DNA of 64,000 nucleotides from an uncultured Gemmatimonadaceae bacterium (GCA_964467195.1 CAYXRS010000002.1:2276-66275); one strand, 5' to 3'. Shown: positions 1-8,379, numbered from the stretch's first letter. Translations and numbers: made by a program. The notes: generated by a model not told the origin, from the sequence alone.

Positions 1-872
1 TGATGGCGGCCCACCTCGCGACCGGCCTCGATCTCGCGACCTTCAGGCACACGCCAATGGAAGAGCGCATTGTAGCGCGTGACACGCGTCCCCGCCGCCG
101 AGGGCTTCACGTGTTCGAGAAAGGTGGAGAAGCGGCCGATCACCCCCCGCTCGTTGAGCCGCGCTGCAACGCGGAGAAACTCCTCCAGGGGCAGCCCAGC
201 CTCCTCGGCGCGAACACGCCAGGGATCCGGACGGATCTCCTCCACCGCGAACTCCCGCTTCAGCGGACCCAGCACCGCCCATTCGACGGGCGACAAGGTC
301 ACGACATTGGTATCGAGCACGGCGCCAGCTTCGTCGGATCGACTGCCTGGTGGCATGCCCTTGCGGCGGATGTGTCCCACGCCCAGGGCGAAAAGGCGAC
401 GAGCGGGCATTACTCGGAACGCTTCGGCACCGATCCGCTCCATCAGCAGCTCGCAATGCTTCAGCATCGAGAATCCCTGCGGCACCTTGAGCGTGGTCCA
501 CAGGCGGTAGTCGGAGCCAGGAGTGTCAGCGTCCGTGGACCGGATAACGACATGGCCGGAAAACGGATCCTCCCGCGCCATGAAGTCGAAACCCGCATCG
601 AGTCCGTCGGGAGCAATGCGCCAGGCGACCAACGCACCCGGCGCCAGATTCGTCGCCATCAGTGTTTGGCGGACGCGCCGAATCGTTCCCGCCGCCACCA
701 TGCCGCGGATGCGCTCCAGTACCAGCTCCAGCGGGACGTCGCTGAGCCGCGCGATCTCGGCAAATGGATCGCGCATGAAGCCGGCAATCCGATCCTCGGA
801 CACCGCCAGTATTCGAGCGTTGACCGGATCAGTTACCTCGACTGGGGCTGTGAGTGTACCGCGCTCAGTCAC
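1..872 (-). CDS. Lrp/AsnC-like tandem winged-helix protein (siroheme decarboxylase NirDL/AhbAB-like); 3' end cut by window edge
   Basis: Absent from the ORF track because it runs off the window. Manual minus-strand translation from GTG 872-870 gives VTERGTLTAPVEVTDPVNARILAVSEDRIAGFMRDPFAEIARLSDVPLELVLERIRGMVAAGTIRRV... A second similar half follows (LSPVEWAVLGPLKREF...LPLEEFLRVAARLNERGVIGRFSTF). The + strand track ORF 3..917 is Arg/His-rich and not protein-like. Confidence 0.45.
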   Translation of the reverse strand, partial: MTERGTLTAPVEVTDPVNARILAVSEDRIAGFMRDPFAEIARLSDVPLELVLERIRGMVAAGTIRRVRQTLMATNLAPGALVAWRIAPDGLDAGFDFMAREDPFSGHVVIRSTDADTPGSDYRLWTTLKVPQGFSMLKHCELLMERIGAEAFRVMPARRLFALGVGHIRRKGMPPGSRSDEAGAVLDTNVVTLSPVEWAVLGPLKREFAVEEIRPDPWRVRAEEAGLPLEEFLRVAARLNERGVIGRFSTFLEHVKPSAAGTRVTRYNALFHWRVPEGREIEAGREVGRH

Positions 873-974
873 TGGGCTGCATGGGGATGCGGGCGTAGGC
901 CAGACGATGCGGGCTGAGGCCGGCCAACGGGCGCTGCAAAGCGTAGCCAGCTTTCCGCCCCCGCCCTCTTCCTT

Positions 975-1340
975 CTAATACGCTCGCGACTCCAGTAGCG
1001 CTATGGTCTCGTCCTTCAGCAGCACCCAGAAGCTGTAAACGGCCAAAGCCGTCCCGAAGGGGATGTTGAAGAGGTGAAAGAAGGACACGATGAGCGTCAG
1101 CACCCTGGCCCACGGCTTTCGTGCCATCAGCCCGAGGCCGGCGATTACGCTGGGAAGCGAGATCACCGTCAGGAACGCTGCAATGAGGGTGCCCACCGTC
1201 GTGGTAACGAAGAATGCGCCAGCCTCGCCCGACAGCATACCGCCGCCCACGAGCGCCACGAATACGATCAGCGCCGCAAGCAGGCCGAAGCATCCGATGA
1301 TGAGGTGAAGCAGTCCCAGAAGACTCAGATGCCTCTGCAT
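975..1340 (-). CDS. small integral membrane protein (about 121 aa, 3-4 TM helices), unknown function
   Basis: Internal ATG at 1340-1338 of track ORF 975..1619. Sequence MQRHLSLLGLLHLIIGCFGLLAALIVFVALVGGG...FWVLLKDETIALLESRAY. The longer N-terminal extension looks like junk. Confidence 0.55.
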   Translation of the reverse strand: MQRHLSLLGLLHLIIGCFGLLAALIVFVALVGGGMLSGEAGAFFVTTTVGTLIAAFLTVISLPSVIAGLGLMARKPWARVLTLIVSFFHLFNIPFGTALAVYSFWVLLKDETIALLESRAY

Positions 1341-1363
1341 GAAACGTCTCCGTTCAGCGTGGA

Positions 1364-1624
1364 TTAGCGCCTTCTGCCGCTTGCCGGCGAAAGATCGAAG
1401 ATCAGCGCGATTACGAGGCCAATGATGGGAAGAGTAGTCCAGAGCCCACCGAACCATAGCTGCACCGCGGCGTACCAGAGCAGCGTCGTGGGCAGAAAGA
1501 TGAATCCCAGAATCGGCCACAGCAGAGTATCGAACAAACCCCGGAAGCTCGCGCTGAGGAACCAGAGCACCAGCACGGTGATCCGCGGAGTGAGCAGCGC
1601 CAGCACCACCAGCACACATGGCAT
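1364..1624 (-). CDS. small integral membrane protein (86 aa)
   Basis: Track ORF MPCVLVVLALLTPRITVLVLWFLSASFRGLFDTLLWPILGFIFLPTTLLWYAAVQLWFGG... is hydrophobic and lies in tandem with the gene at 975..1340. Confidence 0.55.
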   Translation of the reverse strand: MPCVLVVLALLTPRITVLVLWFLSASFRGLFDTLLWPILGFIFLPTTLLWYAAVQLWFGGLWTTLPIIGLVIALIFDLSPASGRRR

Positions 1625-1843
1625 GGTTTCCCCCTCCCAGCCGTATCCGGCGCCGCCGCCGGTCGTGGCGTCGCTCGCACTCCCTACGTACGGGGGTTAT
1701 GATGCAGTTTCAGGGCTGCCGCCGCGAGATACTGTCGTCCGGCCGCGATCGCCCCAGGCCCGATCGAAGGGTCGGAGCAGCTGCCAGCCTGCAAGAATCG
1801 GCGCCCCCTGTGACCACACCTGCCCGGGGAGGGTTGAACCGAC

Positions 1844-2392
1844 GTGAGCGACATTGATCGTGCGATCATCGCGCGCGCACAGGACGGCGACGTCGACGCC
1901 TTCACCGCTGTCGTAACGTTCTACTACCCCCGGTGTCTGCGCTTTGCCACGCAGATGCTCGGAGTAAGGGAGGACGCCGAGGAGGCGGTGCAGGACGCTT
2001 TCCTGCGGGCCTACCGCGCGCTGCCGCGCTACGAGCACCGGGAGCGTTTCGCAGCCTGGCTATATCGTATCCTGGCGAATCGGTGCAGAACCGCGGCTCT
2101 GAGGCGCCAGCGGCGCGAGCGTCTGGTGATCCCCATAGACGCGTCGGCGCGCGTCGAGGCGGCGGCGGCAGATCGCCAGAATCTGACGGCCGCTCCCATT
2201 GAGGACGTGGAGCGTGCGCTGCATGAGGTTCCCGCCGATCAGCGGGAGGCGTTTCTTCTGAGACACGTGGAAGATCTGAGCTATGAGGAGATGTCGGTCG
2301 TGACGGGCGCGGGGGTCTCCGCGCTGAAGATGCGCGTGAAGCGTGCCTGCGACCGGCTGCGCGCTGTTCTGAAGGAGGCGGACTGTGCATGA
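1844..2392 (+). CDS. ECF-type RNA polymerase sigma-70 factor
   Basis: GTG start. Region 2 (EDAEEAVQDAFLRAYRALPRYEHRERFAAWLYRILANRC) and region 4 (LSYEEMSVVTGAGVSALKMRVKRACDRLR) are recognisable. Confidence 0.9.
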   Translation: MSDIDRAIIARAQDGDVDAFTAVVTFYYPRCLRFATQMLGVREDAEEAVQDAFLRAYRALPRYEHRERFAAWLYRILANRCRTAALRRQRRERLVIPIDASARVEAAAADRQNLTAAPIEDVERALHEVPADQREAFLLRHVEDLSYEEMSVVTGAGVSALKMRVKRACDRLRAVLKEADCA

Positions 2393-3032
2393 CGGTACGG
2401 GCGGAGGTGGGGCGTTCGAGCGCTTCGTCTCTTCATTGAAGGCAACGGCGCCGGCCGACCCGCGAGCGGTATCGCGGATCGTCAGGGCGGCGATGGCCGA
2501 AGAACGGGGGCCCGCAGCCGCCAGCCGATACCGTTGGCGGCGCTGGCTCAACCAGCCACGCACCCTTACGGTGCGAACTGTTGCTGGACTCGCAACCGCC
2601 GCCACATTCTCCGGGCTGCTACTCGGCCACGCGGTGGACTCGGCGCTTCGCGGCGGTGCACAACCTGACGCCTCCGCCATAGGCGCCTCGGCACCGGGGA
2701 TGGAGCCGCTCCAGCTACCCGTCGTCCTCCAGGACGTAGCGGTAACCGGCGACCGTGCCGAGCATCCCGTGCCAGTGCAGTTCGTGCTGGTCGCTCCGGC
2801 CGCCGGGACAGTGAACCTCGTAGGGGACTTCAACGGCTGGGACCCGAACGCCGCCCCGTTGGTTCGCGATGCGGCCGGCATCTGGAGCGGCACGGTCACG
2901 CTGCCGCCAGGTCGTCACGCTTACGCTTTCATTGTGGATGACTCCGTCTGGACACCTGATCCTCGTGTCCCACGCACCGACGATGCCGATTTTGGCCGAC
3001 CGAACTCCGTGGTCGTAGTGGGAGGAATGTGA
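2385..3032 (+). CDS. putative anti-sigma factor: single TM helix plus extracytoplasmic CBM48/E-set (glycogen-binding-like) domain
   Basis: Overlaps the sigma gene by 8 nt. TM segment VAGLATAATFSGLLLGHAV. C-terminal VNLVGDFNGWDPNAAPLVRDAAGIWSGTVTLPPGRHAYAFIVDDSVW is typical of the AMPK-beta/isoamylase-N type fold. No zinc-finger anti-sigma motif. Confidence 0.6.
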   Translation: MHDGTGGGGAFERFVSSLKATAPADPRAVSRIVRAAMAEERGPAAASRYRWRRWLNQPRTLTVRTVAGLATAATFSGLLLGHAVDSALRGGAQPDASAIGASAPGMEPLQLPVVLQDVAVTGDRAEHPVPVQFVLVAPAAGTVNLVGDFNGWDPNAAPLVRDAAGIWSGTVTLPPGRHAYAFIVDDSVWTPDPRVPRTDDADFGRPNSVVVVGGM

Positions 3033-3033
3033 C

Positions 3034-3699
3034 GTGCACGCATCTCTCCTGACTATCCTGCTTCTGGTGACATTCGTCTGGCCATCTGCGGCGGACGCGC
3101 AGGTCGAACGACTTTCCACCCGACTGGACGCGTCCACCTATGACCAGGTGCGCAGGATCGTGGATTCAGCGCGCGATCGAGGCCTTCCAATCGATCCACT
3201 CGTCAACAAGGCGCTGGAAGGTGCACTGAAGGAGGCACCCGGCACCCGGATAGTGTCTGCCGTGTCGGCACTGTCAACGCGCCTCGAGACATCGTACGCC
3301 GAGTTGCAGCCGGGACCAAGCGAGTCGGAGCTGGTTGCCGGAGCCAATGCACTCGCCGTGGGCGTGCCGCCTGCCACATTGCGTCGAGTGCGTCACTTGC
3401 AGCGCGACCGCGCCGTGGCAGTTCCACTCGCGGTGCTCTCCGAGCTCATCGCGCGCGGCGTTCCTGTGGAGCGCGCATCGAGCATGGTCCTCGCGCTGCT
3501 CGAACGCGGCGCGACACCTCGTCAGCTAATGGCAATGAGCGCGTCGGTCTATCAGGACATTGCGGCGGGTGTTCCGGCCGATGCCGCGCTCGATGTCCGC
3601 ATGCGCGGAGTGCTCTCCACGTTGCCAGCGCATCCCACAGCCGCCGCAGAAGCGCGAGGCGCCTCGCCGGCTGCAGCTCCACCCCCGCCGCAGCCCTGA
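3034..3699 (+). CDS. secreted all-alpha protein of unknown function
   Basis: Signal peptide MHASLLTILLLVTFVWPSAADAQ. Starts 1 nt after the previous stop, so it is an operon member. Confidence 0.6.
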   Translation: MHASLLTILLLVTFVWPSAADAQVERLSTRLDASTYDQVRRIVDSARDRGLPIDPLVNKALEGALKEAPGTRIVSAVSALSTRLETSYAELQPGPSESELVAGANALAVGVPPATLRRVRHLQRDRAVAVPLAVLSELIARGVPVERASSMVLALLERGATPRQLMAMSASVYQDIAAGVPADAALDVRMRGVLSTLPAHPTAAAEARGASPAAAPPPPQP

Positions 3700-3701
3700 G
3701 G

Positions 3702-4904
3702 ATGCCGCGCCTGGTTCGGGGCGCGCTTTCCGCGCTGGGCGCGCTGGCGGCCGCTGCTGTGGCTGCCCCCATCGACGCACAACAGGAGCGCATGTCGCTG
3801 GAACTTGGCGTCGCGGCGCTCTCGCTGGAGGGAGTGCGCCCGACGAGGTCGCTGACGCTCGTGCCCAGCTACTCGCGTGAGGGGATGAGCGGGTCGGTGA
3901 GTGTGGCTGCCGCCATGGCGCTCGCTCCTGAAGGCGAGTGGAGCGCGCAGGGCACTGCGGCTGCTACGCGTTTCATTTCCCCGTCGGCGTTTGGCCGTTA
4001 CGAGATCGGCGCACTCCTGGCCGGTGTCACGTATGGGGAGACGCGGCGCACAACCACTTCACTGCTTCAGGTCCGCAGCGTCCGGGGTGATGCGCTCGAT
4101 GGCCTGTGGGTTGGTCTGGGAGGTGGCGCGCGCTGGACCTATGGCGTGGTACGACCGGTCGCTTCGGGCGACGTTGGGGCTTGGAAGAGCTTTCGGACCA
4201 TCCGCCTCACCGGTCAGCTTTCACTGACGCGTGCCTACGAGGATACGCTGATCTGGATTCAGGCACCGGTTCATGGGGGAACGGGAAGCAGCCCACCACC
4301 GGCGCAGATCGGATCCTTCCAGGTGAGGCGATTCGAGGCCCTTTCCTTCGGCACGGCGGTGCTCTCGGCAAGCTCGTCACGGGGGCCGCTCGATTTCGAC
4401 GCAACGGTTTCCACCAGGGCGTCACTCGACGGCGCATCCCGGCGCCACGGCGCAATCGGCTCGCTCACCTGGCACATGGACCGCAGACTCGCCGTTGTGT
4501 TCGCCGGAGGCCGACAGCAGCCTGACCAGGTGCTGGGCATACCGGGTGGTTCCTTCGCCACCGTGGCGGTACGGCTGGTCCCGTTCGGCGGCGGCGATGC
4601 CGTTCGGCCCTCCGGCGATGCCCGTGCTGGCGTGACGCTGCTCCCCCGCAGGGGTGGAGCGCACGTTCTGCGGGTAGACGTTGCCGCCGGAGCCGAGCGG
4701 GTAGAGATCGCGGGCGAGTTCAGCCGCTGGGAGCCGCTGCCGCTCGTGAGACGATCGGGTGGTTGGGAGACCGCTCTTCGCCTTGCGCCGGGCACCTATC
4801 GGATCGCCATCCGCATCGACGGAGGAGAGTGGCTGCCCCCGCCGGGTCTGCCTCAGATCGGCGACGAGCTCGGCGGCGTGGTCGGGATCCTGATCGTTCC
4901 CTAG
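3702..4904 (+). CDS. secreted protein, possible beta-barrel N-domain plus C-terminal CBM48/E-set-like domain
   Basis: Signal peptide ...LGALAAAAVAAPIDAQQ. C-terminal RVEIAGEFSRWEPLPLVRRSGGWETALRLAPGTYRIAIRIDGGEWLPPPG is paralogous to the anti-sigma C-domain. Confidence 0.6.
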   Translation: MPRLVRGALSALGALAAAAVAAPIDAQQERMSLELGVAALSLEGVRPTRSLTLVPSYSREGMSGSVSVAAAMALAPEGEWSAQGTAAATRFISPSAFGRYEIGALLAGVTYGETRRTTTSLLQVRSVRGDALDGLWVGLGGGARWTYGVVRPVASGDVGAWKSFRTIRLTGQLSLTRAYEDTLIWIQAPVHGGTGSSPPPAQIGSFQVRRFEALSFGTAVLSASSSRGPLDFDATVSTRASLDGASRRHGAIGSLTWHMDRRLAVVFAGGRQQPDQVLGIPGGSFATVAVRLVPFGGGDAVRPSGDARAGVTLLPRRGGAHVLRVDVAAGAERVEIAGEFSRWEPLPLVRRSGGWETALRLAPGTYRIAIRIDGGEWLPPPGLPQIGDELGGVVGILIVP

Positions 4905-4963
4905 TAACCCTCGGCGACGAAGTGGGCGGCGGCGTCGGGATCCTGATCGTTCCTAGTCACCCC
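4860..4963. repeat. imperfect tandem duplication (about 53-nt period) of the 3' coding end of the gene at 3702..4904
   Basis: GGCGACGAGCTCGGCGGCGTGGTCGGGATCCTGATCGTTCCCTAG is followed by GGCGACGAAGTGGGCGGCGGCGTCGGGATCCTGATCGTTCCTAG. The second copy lies outside the ORF and abuts the stop of the convergent kinase gene. Confidence 0.7.
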
Positions 4964-5870
4964 CACGACGATCGTCGGGTTCCGGCGCGACGACGAGAAG
5001 CGCCTCCCGCGCCACTCGGTAGAGCAGTGGCGTGCGCTCTCTGTGAAGCTCACCGTCCAGCGCGACACGCACTTCCGGCGCAGGCAGATCGACCGTGCAC
5101 TCATCGGCGAGGTGGCTGTTGATGCCCGGCGTGTGATGCACGGTGTCGCTGCCAGCAGCGGCGGCGACCAGAGCGCCCACCAGATGGCGAGCCGTTGACG
5201 AGCCGTCAACCACCACCAGATGCAGCGCCCGCTGGCCACCGCGAACCGGTTCGCCGAAGCGCGGCATCGCCAGTCTGCGCTCCCCCACTCCAACGAATAC
5301 GAGCGGCGAGGCATAAACGCGTGCAGCGCCGTCCACCTGGAGGCGTACGGCAAAACTGCGGAGGCGGAACAGGAGGCGGAGCGCAGCGACGGCGGAGCCG
5401 ACACGATAGCCGAGCCAGCGCTCGATGCGCGAACGGAGCCGCACGTACGTGACATAGGCCCCTACCGAACTGGTGTTCAGGAAGAGCTTCGCGCCCATGA
5501 ACGCCACATCCACGGCACGCGCCGGGGCGCTGGCGGCGACCTCCAGAGCCTCCTCCGCCTTCACGGGGATGCCGAGCCGCCGCGCGAAGTGATTCAGCGT
5601 CCCTCCGGGAAGCACCGCCAACTCGAGCCCGAGCTCCGATGTCGTCGACGCGGCCGTGGCGACCGTTCCGTCGCCACCGCAAACCATCACGCGCCTTGCG
5701 CCGCGCCCAGCGGCAGCTCTGATGGCGGAATCGAGATCCGCCGGCGCCAGCTCGCGAACGTCGAAGCGGTTATCTGCGCGGAGACGCTCGGCCACCGAGC
5801 GCGCCGTACCCGCTCTGGCATTCAGATAGGCCGGTATCGGCCCTCGAGCGGAAGCGTTCGTTGAAATCAC
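4953..5870 (-). CDS. diacylglycerol/lipid kinase family protein (YegS/BmrU/LCB5-like)
   Basis: VMVCGGDGTVATAA and LAVLPGGTLNHFARRLGIP are DAGK catalytic-domain motifs. Confidence 0.8.
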   Translation of the reverse strand: MISTNASARGPIPAYLNARAGTARSVAERLRADNRFDVRELAPADLDSAIRAAAGRGARRVMVCGGDGTVATAASTTSELGLELAVLPGGTLNHFARRLGIPVKAEEALEVAASAPARAVDVAFMGAKLFLNTSSVGAYVTYVRLRSRIERWLGYRVGSAVAALRLLFRLRSFAVRLQVDGAARVYASPLVFVGVGERRLAMPRFGEPVRGGQRALHLVVVDGSSTARHLVGALVAAAAGSDTVHHTPGINSHLADECTVDLPAPEVRVALDGELHRERTPLLYRVAREALLVVAPEPDDRRGGD

Positions 5871-6376
5871 GCCCGCCCTTTCGCATGAACCGGGCTACAC
5901 ACCGCTTCGTCCACCTGTGTGTCGGCTGCCTGTGCTCTGGTCCAGAAGCTGGGCGAACCACAGCTCCAGAGTACAGAGGTGCTCGTAGCCGTAGTGCCAC
6001 ATTGCGTCGCAACACCGGGCCGACCCGTTGCATTTTCCTAACATGTTGCAACAGGGAAGTTTATAGAAACTTGGCAGCGTTACCCTAAAGCAGTGCCCGG
6101 CGTCTTTCCGGCAGCGAAGCAGGAATGCATGGCGAGCCTGCGGGGGGTGTAGCGGTAAGAGGTCCGGGAACCGGTGGCCAACCATCCCGGCCTCTCCGCT
6201 CACCCCCTTCGCCATCCTCTGGGCGGGGCATCGGAGGCAACCACGATCACAAGCTGGGATTTCTGCTTGCCGCTGGTCACGACCTTGCGGCCCACCTGGA
6301 AGTCGCCATGATGATCAGGCCCGTCATTCGGGCCCGAATCCGACCACCGAACCACGAACCCCGAACCCGGCCTTAA

Positions 6377-7090
6377 ATGCCTCCTTACACGATTCCTCCA
6401 TTTGCTCGCGAATGCATGGAGCACGCGCATGACGCGTGGGGAGCGTCATCCGAGCATCCATTCGTGCGGGAGCTGGCTGCTGGCACACTGGAGCCCCAGC
6501 TGTTCAGGTTCTATCAGATGCAGGACGCTCGCTACCTGGAGGCTTTCTCGGACGCGTGCGCGATCATCTCGACACGGTGCGCGGATCCGGCGGACAAACT
6601 CTGGTTCATCGACGCCGCGCGACTGGCGCTGGTTGTGGAGGGTCAGCTGCACGCCGGATACGGCCAGAAGCTCGGCTACGGACCCGCAGATATCGCAGCG
6701 CTCGAACTCACACCCAACAACCGGGCTTACCAGGACCACATGGTCTCCTCGGCGGCTCGCGGAACGCTGGTCGAAGCCATTGCGGCGATCACGCCATGTC
6801 CGTGGCTTTACATCGAGGTGGGCCAGCACCTGGAGCGCGAGTTCGGGCCACCGAGCGACGATCACCCGTATGCCGACTGGCTGCGGATGTACTCGGATCC
6901 GGCGTTCAACGATTACATGGACAGGCTGCTGGCACTGCTCCAGGGCGCTGCCGAGTCGCACGACGATCTGGCGCGCGATCGGGCGAAGGAAGGGTTTCTG
7001 GCGAGCGTCCGGTACGAGTGGATGTTCTGGCAGCAGGCGTGGGAGCGGCAGGAATGGCCGGTGGGCAGCGGAGCGACGGCAGCCAGGTAG
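6377..7090 (+). CDS. tenA: TenA-family thiaminase II / aminopyrimidine aminohydrolase
   Basis: HPFVRELAAGTLEPQLFRFYQMQDARYLEAFSDA..., ITPCPWLYIEVG, VRYEWMFWQQAW. Length and motif order are typical of TenA/PqqC-like haem-oxygenase-fold proteins. Confidence 0.85.
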   Translation: MPPYTIPPFARECMEHAHDAWGASSEHPFVRELAAGTLEPQLFRFYQMQDARYLEAFSDACAIISTRCADPADKLWFIDAARLALVVEGQLHAGYGQKLGYGPADIAALELTPNNRAYQDHMVSSAARGTLVEAIAAITPCPWLYIEVGQHLEREFGPPSDDHPYADWLRMYSDPAFNDYMDRLLALLQGAAESHDDLARDRAKEGFLASVRYEWMFWQQAWERQEWPVGSGATAAR

Positions 7091-7153
7091 CCGGCAGCCA
7101 GGTAGCCGGCAGCCAGGTAGCCGACAGGCAGTTAGCGGGAAGGCAGCCGTCGG
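7079..7153. repeat. 15-bp tandem repeat GCAGCCAGGTAGCCG: 3 exact copies plus 2 degenerate copies
   Basis: Exact copies at 7079-7093, 7094-7108 and 7109-7123. Degenerate copies follow (ACAGGCAGTTAGCGG, GAAGGCAGCCGTCGG). The tenA stop TAG (7088-7090) lies in copy 1, and each exact copy carries an in-frame TAG. Confidence 0.8.
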
Positions 7154-7157
7154 GTTG

Positions 7158-7196
7158 TTGACAGACTTGGGCGCCTGCTATATCTTAGTACTAAGA
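7158..7196 (+). promoter_or_regulatory. sigma-70-like promoter with overlapping perfect 14-bp palindrome (putative MarR operator); implies a leaderless marR mRNA
   Basis: TTGACA (7158-7163), 17 nt, then TATCTT (7181-7186). Palindrome TCTTAGTACTAAGA at 7183-7196 ends on the A of the ATG start. This is an AT-rich island in GC-rich DNA. Confidence 0.5.
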
Positions 7197-7672
7197 TGAC
7201 TCCTGAGCTTCGCACGCAGGCCTCGCCCCGCACCAGGCGGGCGCTGAAACTGTTCGTGGTGCTTTCGCGTGCCTTCAGTGCCGCCGAGAAACACGCGCGG
7301 GACGATGTGCTGCGGCACGGCCTTGGAATGACCGAGTTCGCGATCCTCGAGCTACTGTACCACCGCGGGCCCCAGCTGTTGGGTGAGATCCAGCGCCGCA
7401 TCCTCGTGACGAGCGGCGGTGTTACGTACCTGGTCGACAGGTTGGAGGAGAAGGGGGTTCTCGAGCGGCAGGAGTGCCCGGGGGATCGCCGCGCCCGTTT
7501 CGCCGTGTTGACGCCCGCGGGCGAGCGACTCATCGCGCGGGTCTTTCCCACGCACGCGGCGCGGCTGGAGAAGGCGCTGGCAGGATTGACCGCGGCCGAG
7601 CAGGAGGAAGCTATCCGATTGCTTCGTAAACTGGGGCTGCACGCCGAGCGAACAATGGAGCAACGGACGTAA
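7196..7672 (+). CDS. MarR-family transcriptional regulator
   Basis: Winged-HTH GMTEFAILELLYHRGPQLLGEIQRRILVTSGGVTYLVDRLEEKGVLERQECPGDRRARFAVLTPAG. Confidence 0.9.
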   Translation: MTPELRTQASPRTRRALKLFVVLSRAFSAAEKHARDDVLRHGLGMTEFAILELLYHRGPQLLGEIQRRILVTSGGVTYLVDRLEEKGVLERQECPGDRRARFAVLTPAGERLIARVFPTHAARLEKALAGLTAAEQEEAIRLLRKLGLHAERTMEQRT

Positions 7673-7710
7673 GCAGAATCGGCCGGGAACCGGCCAGCGG
7701 CTCTGGGTAG

Positions 7711-7741
7711 TTATCTTAATAATATGATTCTTAGTACTCAA
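7711..7741 (+). promoter_or_regulatory. second MarR-operator-like site upstream of yceI-like gene
   Basis: TCTTAGTACTCAA at 7729-7741 matches 11 of 14 positions of the 7183-7196 palindrome. It is preceded by the related ATCTTAATAATATGA. AT-rich. Confidence 0.4.
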
Positions 7742-7787
7742 TTTTTTTGCAGAGCTGAGCATGCTCACCCAGAAGGAGGACGCGACA

Positions 7788-8339
7788 ATGACGACGACCA
7801 CAACCACGGCTGCCGCCGGCAATGTATGGACCCTCGATGTGAACCACACCGTCGTCGAGTTCGCCGTGAAGCACATGATGATCGCTACCGTAAAAGGTCG
7901 CTTCGCCGATGTGGCCGGCACGGTAACGCTCGACGAAAGGGACCCGACCCGTTCCACCGTACGGGTGGACATCGAAGCTGCGTCCATTGACACGCACGTA
8001 GAACAGCGCGACCAGCACCTGCGCTCCGCGGAGTTCTTCGATGTCGAGCGGTGGCCGTCGATCAGTTTCCTGAGCCGTCGGGTGGAGCGCCATGACGGCG
8101 GCTACCGTTTGATCGGCGATCTCACGATCCGGGACATAACGCGACAAGTTGTTCTCGAGGTAACGGACGAAGGACGTGGCCGGAACCCGTATGGCCAGAC
8201 GATTGCGGCCTTCACAGCCAGAACGACGATCGACCGCCGGGACTTCGGCCTTACCTGGAATCAGGCGCTGGAATCCGGGGGCATCCTTGTGGGCAACGAT
8301 GTAAAGATCAGCATCGAAGCGGAGCTGATTCAGGACTGA
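7788..8339 (+). CDS. YceI-family (polyisoprenoid/quinone-binding lipocalin-like) protein
   Basis: WTLDVNHTVVEFAVKHMMIATVKGRF...DTHVEQRDQHLRSAEFFDVERWP...GDLTIRDITR. I prefer the ATG at 7788 (AGGAGG 8 nt upstream) over the track start at 7761. Confidence 0.85.
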   Translation: MTTTTTTAAAGNVWTLDVNHTVVEFAVKHMMIATVKGRFADVAGTVTLDERDPTRSTVRVDIEAASIDTHVEQRDQHLRSAEFFDVERWPSISFLSRRVERHDGGYRLIGDLTIRDITRQVVLEVTDEGRGRNPYGQTIAAFTARTTIDRRDFGLTWNQALESGGILVGNDVKISIEAELIQD

Positions 8340-8379
8340 CGTTTGCGCGGCATGCCGCGCTGAAAATGGAGGTGACACT

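Noticed and set aside
3-917. Track ORF 3..917 (+), 304 aa
   Set aside because: The sequence is not protein-like. The minus strand gives a coherent Lrp/AsnC-like protein that runs off the window, so I annotated that instead.
6060-6376. TPP (THI-box) riboswitch upstream of tenA
   Set aside because: I looked for the conserved CTGAGA ... ACCTGATCTGGATAATGCCAGCG-type core on the + strand and found no CTGAGA or matching helix pattern. tenA here appears to be an orphan with no thi genes nearby.
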